Numbered from the stretch's first letter, positions 9,301 to 19,242 are shown. The stretch is 64,000 nt of DNA from an uncultured virus (IMG/VR IMGVR_UViG_3300017958_000005) (IMGVR_UViG_3300017958_000005:1-64000); one strand, 5' to 3'. Numbers and translations are program-made. The notes: generated by a model not told the origin, from the letters alone.

Positions 9301-10492
9301 CACCGTCAATGGAATCTTCAACTTCTAAAATCACGTCGTTAAAGACGTAGAGGCCGTTAGCCAACCCGGCAGGTATTTGAGTAGTGCGGAAAGAAAGAGA
9401 AAAATGTTGCAACGGGTCATAGCCAGACGGCCGATTACTAGCCCCATCATTGCCCCAATCGATTGAAAAATGATCGTCGTTGTAAACACCTTCATAATTA
9501 TCAGATGTCAATAACGGGAGCACCTGTTCAAGAACAGCCCAATTATCGCTGGATGTTGCGTCATTAATATCCACCGCACTGTTGTACATGTCAATAATGC
9601 CCACGACACCGTCAGCGGCTGGATCGGTCATATCTTGATTTGCTACAACCTGCAAATAATTTTGCTGTTCTGATCGAATGTTCGCAATAAGCGGATGGCC
9701 CGTGAATTGCGCCAACCATGACCGGACAGACGGATCATGATACTCGGCATCAGTCAAAGTGCTTCGAGTAATCTGTTCCAAACCGGTGAATGACGGCGAC
9801 AATTCGCCCAACTCGTAATCAAACCAGTTTGCGTAAGTTGATACCGTGTCATTCATCGTTGTGGACAGAACGTCGATCAACTTAAACAACGGGTTATCTG
9901 GGTCTTCCTGCTGACTATCAATATCCCAGTAAAAAGAAGGCATGAACTTGCGTGCGTTTTGCACAACCTGATTTTGGTAGAACGCGTTGTCATCAATCAG
10001 GGCGGGAATAGTGAAGTAGATCGGTTCTCCATTATGTTCCGTGATACTCATCTGAACACGAACAAACGATTCCACAGTTATATCGTCAGGGACGAAATGA
10101 TTGGAACGAATCTGAGAAAATCGACCAATATCAGTATTTGTTATGTGTGGTGTGGGCGATGGCTGATTTGATTCAGCAATGACCGTTGAAACATAAAGAG
10201 AACCACTTCCTCGTAACTGAGCGTGGAACATGAGGTCGAAGTCCGCGCTGTTGGCCGCAGGAATTGGAACGTAGTCGATGTAGACGTTTACAGTTCCAGT
10301 TGAGTTATTTGGCTGAATTTTGTATGCAAAAAAGTTTGGGACTAGCCGGTCGCTTTCCGCATCTGAAAGTACGGCAGAACCACCCGAGAATTGCCATGAA
10401 GGTGTGACGTCCTGTATTTTCCTAAGCGATCCACTGCTATCTGTGGCCTTGAGGGCGGTATCGTTATCGAGAAAATTTACTGTAGTTGCCAT
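6386..10492 (-). CDS. Baseplate wedge (P2 gpI-like) protein with a large internal beta-propeller insertion (1368 aa)
   Basis: Follows baseplate J. gpI-like pieces at both ends (MPSFYWDID...WLAQFTG; GSRDAIVSTVQQVL...ARPMGFVF) with FG-GAP-like repeats in the middle. Confidence 0.65.
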   Translation of the reverse strand: MATTVNFLDNDTALKATDSSGSLRKIQDVTPSWQFSGGSAVLSDAESDRLVPNFFAYKIQPNNSTGTVNVYIDYVPIPAANSADFDLMFHAQLRGSGSLYVSTVIAESNQPSPTPHITNTDIGRFSQIRSNHFVPDDITVESFVRVQMSITEHNGEPIYFTIPALIDDNAFYQNQVVQNARKFMPSFYWDIDSQQEDPDNPLFKLIDVLSTTMNDTVSTYANWFDYELGELSPSFTGLEQITRSTLTDAEYHDPSVRSWLAQFTGHPLIANIRSEQQNYLQVVANQDMTDPAADGVVGIIDMYNSAVDINDATSSDNWAVLEQVLPLLTSDNYEGVYNDDHFSIDWGNDGASNRPSGYDPLQHFSLSFRTTQIPAGLANGLYVFNDVILEVEDSIDGELYSIPVSLRVAVDTLFSPLVWILIRFHKYSDGPDRMHWSMSDKKALFAFQQMAGAVIVDGNTGARTTRTTPDANYGGGNSQYDPTSLFIRGAHQDAQTASYVTNQGKYALMPWFDASARQLQLAVFQDPDRVTNYSHSAYTTSYGEFSIYGQPYTTQDRTLQQYIQKSNVVVIDWVKSVNDTLWPEDWPRKSWSGSPPSETTDYDHGLAFRIIESPSDRLFTKFGYDVAITDDGNTVFASAVNWNPEETTVTDNQYGLFWGHDQGCVYVFDWDPDALEYVQRGDPIYVDGETVTPPSVASQLDNWDMENGGFGTYIDITPDGSVLSVTSMRNVYIFVWDGQRWVQDFSFDDLLTFNYDNSDSWSLWRPCARLNEDGTSIVISGGVSRQDLIAARAASHEGLGSSTSFTYRMAVFDRQSAGVWKQRGSWMETPDLYALTPQEIVFPTTWDMSSTYDSAFGGALNEFYLGSGYETVNFWGNFTSCDISGDGQSVVIGCPGGLLGLYHDDVLINAADSGFLQAFRWNSSSASWEVMEAGQTPAFDYKVYESSIAGGGQDIILAGPHRMSPQSTSFQTRLGSTVRMSYDGNMITAGMFSHVEDLGPNLWIYNGRPTLYESNLKSLGVRESGWIHAFYSGYKPAITPNSDGSVDNSIWYSFNYLSWSHYGVGMAGRSRRTEYQAGLTLEQMGISLKRPNTNAYSSIHADYIGPSKFIQVINMIAGSFDVDPGIVGTLSDMRRGDIFYVYDGIDWFKYKYSGTYWDQRLNSSDPECPIAILGYGGSLARQGVATGDLTWIGYSSVERIYGYPGSPQWDSFTTTSPEIFTGYVYAVDGPALALPTTVTSSSHFNTTEAEAFAIYQMSDASFGWASGSRDAIVSTVQQVLSGDKTVALSPNYRGIDWRIHIRTVESETPDVDPVTNSSMTVLNIAELARPMGFVFSHAVQDAIYLTLNNVGVGRLDLFELGGFGAENV

Positions 10493-10493
10493 G

Positions 10494-11723
10494 TTAACTC
10501 GAAGCAGTCAGATTAACAGTGATGTTACTTGATGCGGAATTAGGTATGAGACCTTTCCTCAGGAATGTGACGTTACCGCTTGTCTCTGTTGCGATGTTTC
10601 CTGCCGCGACGTTGCCTGCGATATCCCCAATTACAACGTCTTCGACATACAAAACGCCGGGCATCGAACGCGCAACATTGGAGACTTCCGCAACACGAAT
10701 TGATTCGATGTCACCATTGAATCCCGCAGGACTTAAATATTTTTGAACCTCTTGCTGAACTGTTTCTCGTACAACATCAGCAGAATAAGTCACGTCATAA
10801 ATGATATTGATTGTGCATGAAACTTCGATAGGTGTGTAGTTGTAAACCCCGATATAAAGTCCTGCAATTGACCGATTAGTCACATCTAATTGAATGTCGT
10901 AAAGTTCCGCATTAGTGAGCGTTCGATCGATTCCATAAACAAAAACGGACGCATATCCCGGTGCGTTAGGAGCAACAAAATCTAAACCACCACCTGCATC
11001 GCCGTTGGTTAGATCATAAACCTTGGCTTGGGAAACATTGGAATATTGCGTCACGATATGTGATCGCATTTGTTCAGTTGTTGCGAATGATGCTGACAAA
11101 GCCCGAATAGCCGTCGTGCATCTCGCCAAGTAGGTGATGTCTGTTTCGGCATTCGTTCCATTGGAAAAATCAGCGAGAGCACTAACATCACCAAGTTCAG
11201 GGATAACAGTTTGACAAACAAACTCCGCTCCTTCAGGAACCAAAGGATGAATTCCAGTCAGAGTCGAAAGCACTTCAACTTCAACATAATGCAGAGGATC
11301 TGTCTCCGTTTGATTTGCGCCTCTCAGAATTGCAATTGCATCAGTGTTTTCATAAGTGAACGATTGATCATCACCCGCAACACTGATTGTGTAACTGAAG
11401 GTTGTTCCTGCTGGGATATAAACATCTACAAACTCGCCAGCAAACAAACGCAATGTGACAGAAGCCCTAGTGCCCTCATCGCGGTATACCCCAAGTATGC
11501 GGGCAACACCTTCCATAATTCTCGGCGGTAGGCGATTGATCGCTGCCGTATTTAGCGTTGTCATGTATGACATTGCTTGGAAAATTGCATCGTCAACCGT
11601 TCCTTGACGCAAGGTAAAATCAGGAAGAGTTAAGCGGGCAAGTTCGATTGCGCCAAAGTAAACGTCAACCGGATTAACATCGTAGGGAGTGAGATCTACG
11701 TACTCCGAAAAATCTGATGGCAT
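10494..11723 (-). CDS. Baseplate J-like wedge protein
   Basis: ARILGVYRDEGTRASVTL...IPAGTTF and NGTNAETDITYLARC motifs of the Baseplate_J family; synteny. Confidence 0.85.
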   Translation of the reverse strand: MPSDFSEYVDLTPYDVNPVDVYFGAIELARLTLPDFTLRQGTVDDAIFQAMSYMTTLNTAAINRLPPRIMEGVARILGVYRDEGTRASVTLRLFAGEFVDVYIPAGTTFSYTISVAGDDQSFTYENTDAIAILRGANQTETDPLHYVEVEVLSTLTGIHPLVPEGAEFVCQTVIPELGDVSALADFSNGTNAETDITYLARCTTAIRALSASFATTEQMRSHIVTQYSNVSQAKVYDLTNGDAGGGLDFVAPNAPGYASVFVYGIDRTLTNAELYDIQLDVTNRSIAGLYIGVYNYTPIEVSCTINIIYDVTYSADVVRETVQQEVQKYLSPAGFNGDIESIRVAEVSNVARSMPGVLYVEDVVIGDIAGNVAAGNIATETSGNVTFLRKGLIPNSASSNITVNLTASS

Positions 11724-11726
11724 ACG

Positions 11727-12029
11727 TCATCGTCTCCTGAACGAAAAGTTGACAATGTTTTCACCCTCGTCGTTGATTGCTGATTCAACTGATTCAATTT
11801 CAACCTCAGGCACAAAACGTGAAGCGTGCAAGACAAATGCACCTTTTTCGACACCGTTAAATGTTGGATCCCAGATACCAAAATCGGGAGTCAAGGGGAG
11901 CGACTGTGGCTCCGTCAAGGTGCAAATAGACAACAACTGCTTGTAATAGTCGTCAGTACCATCGACATCTCTCACAAGGCCATTGGCATCAAATTGTAAA
12001 GGGAACTTCATTGCGTCCATAATTACCAC
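11727..12029 (-). CDS. Baseplate wedge gp25/gpW-like protein
   Basis: KFPLQFD...LTEPQSLPLTPDFGIWDPTF is gp25-like; sits between spike and baseplate J. Confidence 0.7.
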   Translation of the reverse strand: MVIMDAMKFPLQFDANGLVRDVDGTDDYYKQLLSICTLTEPQSLPLTPDFGIWDPTFNGVEKGAFVLHASRFVPEVEIESVESAINDEGENIVNFSFRRR

Positions 12030-12042
12030 CGTAACAATTCTA

Positions 12043-12459
12043 TCAATGATAACCCTGAAGGGTGCTTACCTGCGATTGAAGGGTACTTACCTGCGATTGC
12101 AGGGTGCTTACCTGCGACTGAAGGGTGCTTACCTGCGACTCCAGAGCGTCTATTCGATTATCCAGCGATGCAGCGTAGGTTTGCAGTGCAAATACGTCAT
12201 ACGACCTATCCAACGCGCCAATTACAACAAGATTGTTTTTATTATGGTCAATAAACGCGCAAAGGACCCGCTCATTGACCTTCAGTGGTTGCTTCGGTGT
12301 AGAAAACACAACCGAACAATCCGTGATAGTGATACCAAGCATGGGAACCTTAACTGCGACACGACGCGTAGATCCGACATGCGTGACAGTGCCGATATAA
12401 ATACCGCCACCCGGTTCCGGATGGGAGGCACCACTAGCAGCAGAAACAAAACCAGCCAT
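12043..12459 (-). CDS. Baseplate spike (gpV/gp5 OB-fold-like) with C-terminal coiled coil
   Basis: GIYIGTVTHV...VAVKVPMLG OB-like N-terminus; (SQVSTLQ)x4 heptads; lies after the hub gene. Confidence 0.65.
   Translation of the reverse strand: MAGFVSAASGASHPEPGGGIYIGTVTHVGSTRRVAVKVPMLGITITDCSVVFSTPKQPLKVNERVLCAFIDHNKNNLVVIGALDRSYDVFALQTYAASLDNRIDALESQVSTLQSQVSTLQSQVSTLQSQVSTLQGYH
12056..12140. repeat. 21-bp tandem repeat, 4 copies, encoding SQVSTLQ heptads
   Basis: tgaagggtgcttacctgcgat repeated four times with few mismatches. Confidence 0.95.
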
Positions 12460-13550
12460 CAGTTTCCAAACCTTTCCATGTAATCAAACACGGACTCGAA
12501 TTTCTGTCCAACAGCAAGTTGATTAATTTCTTTATCTTCACGCTCTGGTGAGCGAAATTCGATACTGACCGGGTCATTACCCAAATGCGAGTAACTCACA
12601 TTACTAATAATATACGGCCCCTGCATTGTCGGATAATTTGTCACATGCACCGTCATTCCAGCACGCAATTTTGACCCAGAAGACCGTTCCAACTCAGCAG
12701 AACCTTGCACGGCAAGAGGGTCGTTGTCTGAGCGGCGAAGACTTGGCATTGAAACAAGTTTGAATGTGTCATCCGACCTGCTTGGATAACGGATGGGGCA
12801 AACATTCATTTCCGTAGCATTTTGCATATAGGGAATAACTTCCTCTTTTGGAATATTTTGGAAGTCTGAACCCCATCTACCCAGTAAATATTTTTGAGAA
12901 CAGAAAAACAAAACGCCTTCCGACTCAAACACGACAAACTTCGCATCAGAGGCCAGTCGCGAAAGAACATCCCAAGTCGAGTCAGCGGCACGATCGTTAG
13001 TTGCCTTATTTATCTTTTGTGTTTTTGAAGTAGATTCTGCAACGCAATCAAGACCATAATCATGGGCAACGTTAATAACCCAGTTGTGTCCGGTTCCCTT
13101 GATGCTTGAAGGATTTTTGTCACGGCGCATCTGCTGTACAGCCTTGTTTCTCAATTCCAGCGTCCATACTGGTTCGCTTGCCGGGCCGGAAGCACAAGCA
13201 GCAGAAGCAATTTCGAGTGACATGAATTGATGTGCGGCGAGCGTTTCTGCCGCTCCGACACCGTAACCATCCATAAGTTTGAGATCTGTGAGTGTGGATG
13301 TTTTAAAATAGACATCGCGACCAATAGCAAAATAGTTCGCTCGAGCAAGTTCGAAATTTGGGTCGTGAACACGAACAGTGAGTTGTGTCGCGAGATCGAT
13401 TCCCATTTCAACTTGAATGTCGAGAATCGCATCCCGAATATCGCTTTTACCATCTATCAGTGTTGGGTCATCCCAAACAAGGTCGGTTCGTCGGTCGACG
13501 AACTCGGCAGTACCACTAGACGTCCAATAATCGCTGTAAACATCACTCAT
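12459..13550 (-). CDS. Baseplate hub (late control D / gp44-like) protein
   Basis: QLTVRVHDPNF, STWDVLSRLASDAKFVVFESEGVLFF and LRAGMTVHV...GPYIISNVSY motifs; synteny. Confidence 0.75.
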   Translation of the reverse strand: MSDVYSDYWTSSGTAEFVDRRTDLVWDDPTLIDGKSDIRDAILDIQVEMGIDLATQLTVRVHDPNFELARANYFAIGRDVYFKTSTLTDLKLMDGYGVGAAETLAAHQFMSLEIASAACASGPASEPVWTLELRNKAVQQMRRDKNPSSIKGTGHNWVINVAHDYGLDCVAESTSKTQKINKATNDRAADSTWDVLSRLASDAKFVVFESEGVLFFCSQKYLLGRWGSDFQNIPKEEVIPYMQNATEMNVCPIRYPSRSDDTFKLVSMPSLRRSDNDPLAVQGSAELERSSGSKLRAGMTVHVTNYPTMQGPYIISNVSYSHLGNDPVSIEFRSPEREDKEINQLAVGQKFESVFDYMERFGN

Positions 13551-15097
13551 ACCGGAGTAGCCAGACCGCTAATCAAATTTACATCAAAATTCTTCCCTGC
13601 TCCATCAACACCGGAACTGAACAACGGAGCAGAGCCTTGGTCGCTGCTGGTGGGTTTCTTGATTGCCGGCACAGGAATAGAGAACTTCGGCATTGAAAAT
13701 TTTACAACTGTCAATTTTTCGATCGGGATTTCCCTTAACGTCAAACGAATTGTTGCCGCTGTGATTTCGCGACTTTGAGAATTCATTGACCGCCGCAGTG
13801 ATGTCACCTGCATGTCGGTAATAACGAACTCCATCGGCTTCCCCGTCTCGGCAGCACGTTTCAACTGGATACGGAACATGTCATCCAAGTTAAACACTGA
13901 AACAGGGGCACGTCGTTGCGACATGCGACGCAATGTATCGATGCGTGCTTGAACACTATTGAAGATGCCATCAGGCACAGTGGCACCGCCTTGTTCAACT
14001 CGATCCTCAGCGACTGTAAATTCCATTTCGGCTTGCATGAGGCTCCAGCCAGCCCATTCAACAAGTGGATAGTTCCCCTGACGATCAATATCCACCCATT
14101 CTGAACCCAGACCAGAATAACTAATAGTATTCGGAACATAAGGGAAGTAGAAAATATCTTGACGCGACTCTGAACGTTTCCCACCCGAAACCGTAGTGTC
14201 GGTAACGTATTCAGTGTAAGTCTGAATAATTTGGGGTCGTAGATCCGGCGCTTTGTCGGGGGGAGCAGAGTAACCAAAAGGCGCTTTAATAGTCACTTTT
14301 CTCGTAGCGGGCGTAGGCGCAATGGCATCCCGTGCAGGACTATTCGATGGACCAGTCTGCCTAGAACCCGAAGGACTACTCGCGTTGCCGCTCTGACGTT
14401 TTACTGACTCGCCAGTAATCGACTGAGACGGGTCAAAATACCAACGAATATACGCATCTGTATATCCAGCGTTCTTCAATGCTTCTTCCGCTTTACCCTT
14501 CAAAGACGCAATTGCGCCATGTAGCGCATAACTGCTAGAGAAATCCGACGATTCAAGAGAACTGATTTGTCGGCGCACACCGTTTGTAATACGATCCATT
14601 TCAGAACGCGTGTTACTAAGTTGATCAGACAGACGATCATCAGATGAAGTTGCTATCGCATACGGGGTCATGCTTGGAGACGAAAGATTCGCACCATTTG
14701 AAGTTGTTGACGAAGCGTACGCCTGTTCTCTCTGAACTTGAGCAATCCATGCATCTTTTTGAAACGTCGTTTTGACCTTATATTGCGGGTTGTATCCGTA
14801 GATTTTTGAACCAACCTTGTAATGAGACGCAGACGAGCCCGCTGGCCAAACCCATTTAGCGTAGGTTTTAGTGTAATTACTAATGCTGTACGGGTTATCA
14901 GGGTGTCCGGGCCCTAAAGTTTTCGTGTACGTTTCACTCTTCGCTTTGCCCCACAGGCGTTGAACGTAATAGGTGTTTCCGACTTTCTGTAAACCCCAGT
15001 AAGATTCAACCCGATACATAGTGTCTTGGTAACACAACGTGCCGGTTTCGTTCCGAACCGTATAAGCAATATTTACAGGCCAGTTTTCGCCACTCAT
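13547..15097 (-). CDS. Tail tube initiator / baseplate-associated protein (516 aa)
   Basis: C-terminal half FYFPYVPNTISYS...W..IDRQG..PL...FVITDMQV...ITAATIRLTLRE resembles tube-initiator folds; lies just after the tape measure gene. Confidence 0.6.
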   Translation of the reverse strand: MSGENWPVNIAYTVRNETGTLCYQDTMYRVESYWGLQKVGNTYYVQRLWGKAKSETYTKTLGPGHPDNPYSISNYTKTYAKWVWPAGSSASHYKVGSKIYGYNPQYKVKTTFQKDAWIAQVQREQAYASSTTSNGANLSSPSMTPYAIATSSDDRLSDQLSNTRSEMDRITNGVRRQISSLESSDFSSSYALHGAIASLKGKAEEALKNAGYTDAYIRWYFDPSQSITGESVKRQSGNASSPSGSRQTGPSNSPARDAIAPTPATRKVTIKAPFGYSAPPDKAPDLRPQIIQTYTEYVTDTTVSGGKRSESRQDIFYFPYVPNTISYSGLGSEWVDIDRQGNYPLVEWAGWSLMQAEMEFTVAEDRVEQGGATVPDGIFNSVQARIDTLRRMSQRRAPVSVFNLDDMFRIQLKRAAETGKPMEFVITDMQVTSLRRSMNSQSREITAATIRLTLREIPIEKLTVVKFSMPKFSIPVPAIKKPTSSDQGSAPLFSSGVDGAGKNFDVNLISGLATPV

Positions 15098-18000
15098 CGC
15101 CGCTCCCTATCAGACTGCTCGCGTGCTTTAATTCGAGACATCACAGTGTCAGCAATAAGTTGCGGATCTGCTCCAGAACCATTCACGTTAATCGTGTAGT
15201 TGTACGTCATATTTCCAGCAGTAGACCCCATGGTGGCCGGCGAGGAAGAGTCACCGGTGTTCGGTACCGCATGCAAATGACGAGAACCAGCGGAACCATG
15301 GAACTCCGCAAAACCGCCGCCGTTTTCAATCATTTGTTTGTACTGACCGAGGTTGTCTCCGATCAGGTCGAGAGCACCGCCCTTAATGTGGTCAGAACTT
15401 GGGCTTCCGAGATTGAAATTGCGCCAACCAGATGTCACAATTTGTTTGCCGTTAATCATCGATGACAGCGAACGGTGTGCCGCCATGGTGCGACCAAATC
15501 GTCCAGAAGCAGTGTCACCCCTCGGCGAGGAAGTATCCGAAGAACCTCCTGTGCTTGGAGGTGTCGTCGTCGTCGGGTCTGTCTCAATACCCAAGTCGGC
15601 GAGAGCATCATTCATCGCTTTCGTCAACCTACCCAACTGCGAAATGAATTCATCAGTCTGACCTTCAAGGCTCTTGCCCGTATCCTCAATCTCGTTAATC
15701 ATGATGTCAAGACCATACGATTTGAGAATGGCTTCAATTTCAGACTGCGACTTACCCTCAAAAATGTCGCCCGTGATACCCTCAGCCAATCTTCGAACAC
15801 CAGCCGATCCCAAAGCCGAATAGCGGCCTTCAAAGTTGGTTCCTTGAGCAACGGAGAATCCTGCATTTCTCAATACGCTCTGAATTTGCTCGGTAACCAT
15901 ACTGTTATCAGCAATACTTCCTGTACCAATGGTATCGAGGAACTGAGCAATAGGCCCAAAACTGCGAAGAGCACCCTCCATTCCCTCCAGAGTTCTGCCT
16001 TGACCAAACGCTGCGCCGCCACGACCAAACTGTCTCGTGAACTCCTGATTGGCACGGAAAACGTCGCCGCCATACAACGACACCAACGAGTCGTAAATCG
16101 CTGTGAGTTGCTCTCCGATATCTGCTGATGTGAGAGAGCCCTCGGAATTCATCTCAACCAGAGCGCGAGCCGCCTCGTCCATAATCAACGGTGCGTTCTC
16201 TGCCTCAATTGACTTATTTAGTTGCGCAAAAACATCGGACGCTTCGTCAGCCATAGCGCCTTGCAACTGCTGATATGACTGAATCATGTTTTGCGTCAAG
16301 GAAGCAATCATGTCCGACGTTTTCGCTGTAGCGTCATACAGATTGGTACCAGTTTCATGAGCGAGACTAATAATTTGGTCTTCAGTCATATGAAGCGCAT
16401 CTCGCAGACCGCTCATCCGGTCGTTATATGTTGAATCTGCGAAATCAATCGCATCAACAAATGCCTCAACCTGCGGAGTCAGTTTTTCTAACGCCTCTTT
16501 AGGTTTTTCCATCATCTCGGCTAATTGTTCCGTCGAGATTTCAAGACCAAGCGCTCGACGGTTATCGTAAATATTTTGGATTTGCTCTTTTCGATATGCG
16601 TCATCTATATTGGCACCACGACGATTCAAGAGAAGACCCATGCCGGCTGCTCCAAGGGGGCCACCCAGCAGATAACCGCCACCCATCAGAGCCGCACCTT
16701 TTAAGCCCCCGACGCCACCCATGCTCTTTCGATTCGGGTCACCCTTAATAGCCTGTCGTGAACTGGCAGCAACCTTTCGCAACTCATCAACATTGAAGAC
16801 CGAACCAAGATTGCCACTCACCGCAGCAAGTTCTTTAGCCGTTGAACCCTTCAAACCCGCGAGTGCCTCAGAGAACATCGACGATCCGATTTCCTCACCG
16901 GCTTCCCGTGCCGCATCTTTCTTCGCATTGTTTTTATTCCAAAACGACTTGACGCCACCCACAACACCACCGGCAATGGCACCAATAATCGCTCCATGAA
17001 TACCGAACTGTGCGCCCATCGCGGCACCACCGGCGGCACCACCCAAAGTTCCGACAACAGAATTCTCTGCCGTAAGAGCAGTTCCCAAACCGGCGACACC
17101 GAGACCCATCAACGGATTAAATCCAGCAACCATCGAACCCAACGCCATTGCACCCTGAGTTTCCTCAGGCATAAATTGGCTCGCAATACCTAAGCCAGCC
17201 ATGGTACCCATTCGGGCAGTGCCGGAATTATTGAAACGACCCACGCCCTCCATGAAACGCTGCCTCGTCGGAGTTCCCGTTCGCCACGAACGTGGACCAT
17301 ACTGGCCGGAGAAACGTTGCAGGGCGCTCGGCCCAGCCCATACTGGGCTTCCAGCCATGTACCCGCTCGCACCCGGAGTACCAAGGCCACGATTGTATTG
17401 CTGTGCGGCACGCAACCCCGACATACCGCCGTTGCGGTACGCGCTATAGAGGCTTTGACGCTGAGCCGCTGTCCCTGCAACAGGAGGAGGCAACATTCCC
17501 CCGCTCGTTTGGCTACGCATCCCGTTTGCCGGACCCGGATACAACTGTCCGCCAGCAGTACCACCGGTAACATTAACAACACCAGCATTAACATTCATGG
17601 TCCCAGTGTTCTTCGGGACAAAACCACCTTTGGTGTTTTTCATGGAACGGAACATGATGCCCGCACCCATCAGCAACCCGAACGCACCGAAACCATCACC
17701 CATGCCACCGAAAATGCTGGCAGATGCTTTGAAAACCTGACCAAGTGCACTGACGATCTGTTTTACGCCCTCAAGGATTTTATTGACAAACGGAAGTGCT
17801 TTGAAGAACAACTCACGTGACACATCCATGATTTCGCCGAACTTGGCGAGGATTGCCCCAACCTTGGTGCCAAATTCTTCAAGGTTTTCCCTATTGTCTT
17901 GAATCATCTCATTGAGAGATCCGAACCCTTCACGGAATCTATCAATGACAGGCATAAAGATGTTTTTCAACATCTGCTCTAAAACTCGTGCGCCTTCAAT

Positions 18001-19242
18001 TAACGGCCGGAGCGACTCCTTAATATTATTCCAGCCTTTAGTAAACCTTTCCCAACGGTCAGCCATCCGTTGCATCATTCCGGTTGCTCGAGGCAAGTAG
18101 TCGCGAATCAACATGACAAAAATGTCGGAAAGTTTCTCGGCGAAACCACCCACACTGTCAATAAATGGTCCGTTGCCGAAACGGATCAATTCGCCTTGGA
18201 CTCTACGGAATGCGTTCTCGAAAGTATTAAGAACTTCTCGGGTGACTTCCTTCAGGGGTTTCAAAAACTGTTGACCGAAGTCAGCGAAGTTATTTTGGAT
18301 CTCAGTGAAACCACCCTTAAGCACACTAACCAACGTGCTATTCACAGCCCCAAACTGGCCTTCAACACCGCCAAGAACAGCAAGGTTTCCTGAAAGAATT
18401 GCCTCTTTCAATTCTTCAGCCGTATTGATGCCCTGCTTTTTCGCTTCCTCCATGGCTTTTTTCATCTCAGGCCCGAGCGCTTCAGCCGCTTTAGTAATTT
18501 CACCAAACGACTTCTTCGGATCCTGCAACAAACCAATAAACTCGCCGGCGGCTTTTACGCCTTGCTCGAGTGGCTGGCCAGCAGAAGCAAAATCCATCAA
18601 ACCTTTAAGGAGATTTTGTGATCCACGAGTGAAGGTGGAATTCTTAGACACCGCAGCATATGCGGCATTCAAATTCTTCAGACCAACAGAAGCAAGTGCG
18701 GTATCGGTATGCAAGCCGCGCATCACGACTCGTACCTGATTCAGGTTGCTACCGAACTCACCAAACCCTGAATTGCGTCCCTTGTAGGCATGCATTGCTG
18801 CTGTTTGTTCACGCATGGCGGCAGCAACGGCAGCAATTGCGACAGCGGCAGCAGCGGCACCGGCGGCAACAACATTAAGCATTGCATGATACGCCCTACC
18901 TAACAGGTTGCCAGCCTTAAAAAGGGCATGAACGCCAATCATTGCAGCACCCATCAGCGCAAATTCGGCGACTGTTGCTTTCAACATGAGGCCCAGTCCC
19001 TTAAGGGAGACCTTGCCAAACATCGCAACCATTTTGTCTACGGAGTCAAAATGTCTCTTCCACGATTTGGTGATGTTCGTGAGCCGCTTATTTACAGCGT
19101 CGTTGTAACCCTTGGAAAAAGCATTCAACTTAGCCTGAGTTGCTGTGGCAGCAGCACCGATCTGAAGAAGACCATTACGAACTTTTCGGAGTTGGCGTTC
19201 CCCAATTGCCCCAATTTTAATTCGTAGTGATGCTTGTTCCAT
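15094..19242 (-). CDS. Tape measure protein with C-terminal M15-like peptidase domain
   Basis: 1382 aa, Ala/Gly-rich, helical, with hydrophobic stretches; follows the tail chaperone. C-terminal VTSGWR...SDHIKGGALDL...RHLH. Confidence 0.9.
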   Translation of the reverse strand: MEQASLRIKIGAIGERQLRKVRNGLLQIGAAATATQAKLNAFSKGYNDAVNKRLTNITKSWKRHFDSVDKMVAMFGKVSLKGLGLMLKATVAEFALMGAAMIGVHALFKAGNLLGRAYHAMLNVVAAGAAAAAVAIAAVAAAMREQTAAMHAYKGRNSGFGEFGSNLNQVRVVMRGLHTDTALASVGLKNLNAAYAAVSKNSTFTRGSQNLLKGLMDFASAGQPLEQGVKAAGEFIGLLQDPKKSFGEITKAAEALGPEMKKAMEEAKKQGINTAEELKEAILSGNLAVLGGVEGQFGAVNSTLVSVLKGGFTEIQNNFADFGQQFLKPLKEVTREVLNTFENAFRRVQGELIRFGNGPFIDSVGGFAEKLSDIFVMLIRDYLPRATGMMQRMADRWERFTKGWNNIKESLRPLIEGARVLEQMLKNIFMPVIDRFREGFGSLNEMIQDNRENLEEFGTKVGAILAKFGEIMDVSRELFFKALPFVNKILEGVKQIVSALGQVFKASASIFGGMGDGFGAFGLLMGAGIMFRSMKNTKGGFVPKNTGTMNVNAGVVNVTGGTAGGQLYPGPANGMRSQTSGGMLPPPVAGTAAQRQSLYSAYRNGGMSGLRAAQQYNRGLGTPGASGYMAGSPVWAGPSALQRFSGQYGPRSWRTGTPTRQRFMEGVGRFNNSGTARMGTMAGLGIASQFMPEETQGAMALGSMVAGFNPLMGLGVAGLGTALTAENSVVGTLGGAAGGAAMGAQFGIHGAIIGAIAGGVVGGVKSFWNKNNAKKDAAREAGEEIGSSMFSEALAGLKGSTAKELAAVSGNLGSVFNVDELRKVAASSRQAIKGDPNRKSMGGVGGLKGAALMGGGYLLGGPLGAAGMGLLLNRRGANIDDAYRKEQIQNIYDNRRALGLEISTEQLAEMMEKPKEALEKLTPQVEAFVDAIDFADSTYNDRMSGLRDALHMTEDQIISLAHETGTNLYDATAKTSDMIASLTQNMIQSYQQLQGAMADEASDVFAQLNKSIEAENAPLIMDEAARALVEMNSEGSLTSADIGEQLTAIYDSLVSLYGGDVFRANQEFTRQFGRGGAAFGQGRTLEGMEGALRSFGPIAQFLDTIGTGSIADNSMVTEQIQSVLRNAGFSVAQGTNFEGRYSALGSAGVRRLAEGITGDIFEGKSQSEIEAILKSYGLDIMINEIEDTGKSLEGQTDEFISQLGRLTKAMNDALADLGIETDPTTTTPPSTGGSSDTSSPRGDTASGRFGRTMAAHRSLSSMINGKQIVTSGWRNFNLGSPSSDHIKGGALDLIGDNLGQYKQMIENGGGFAEFHGSAGSRHLHAVPNTGDSSSPATMGSTAGNMTYNYTINVNGSGADPQLIADTVMSRIKAREQSDRERR

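Noticed and set aside
12056..12140. 21-bp repeats as a CRISPR array
   Set aside because: Tandem with no spacers and in frame within a coding region.
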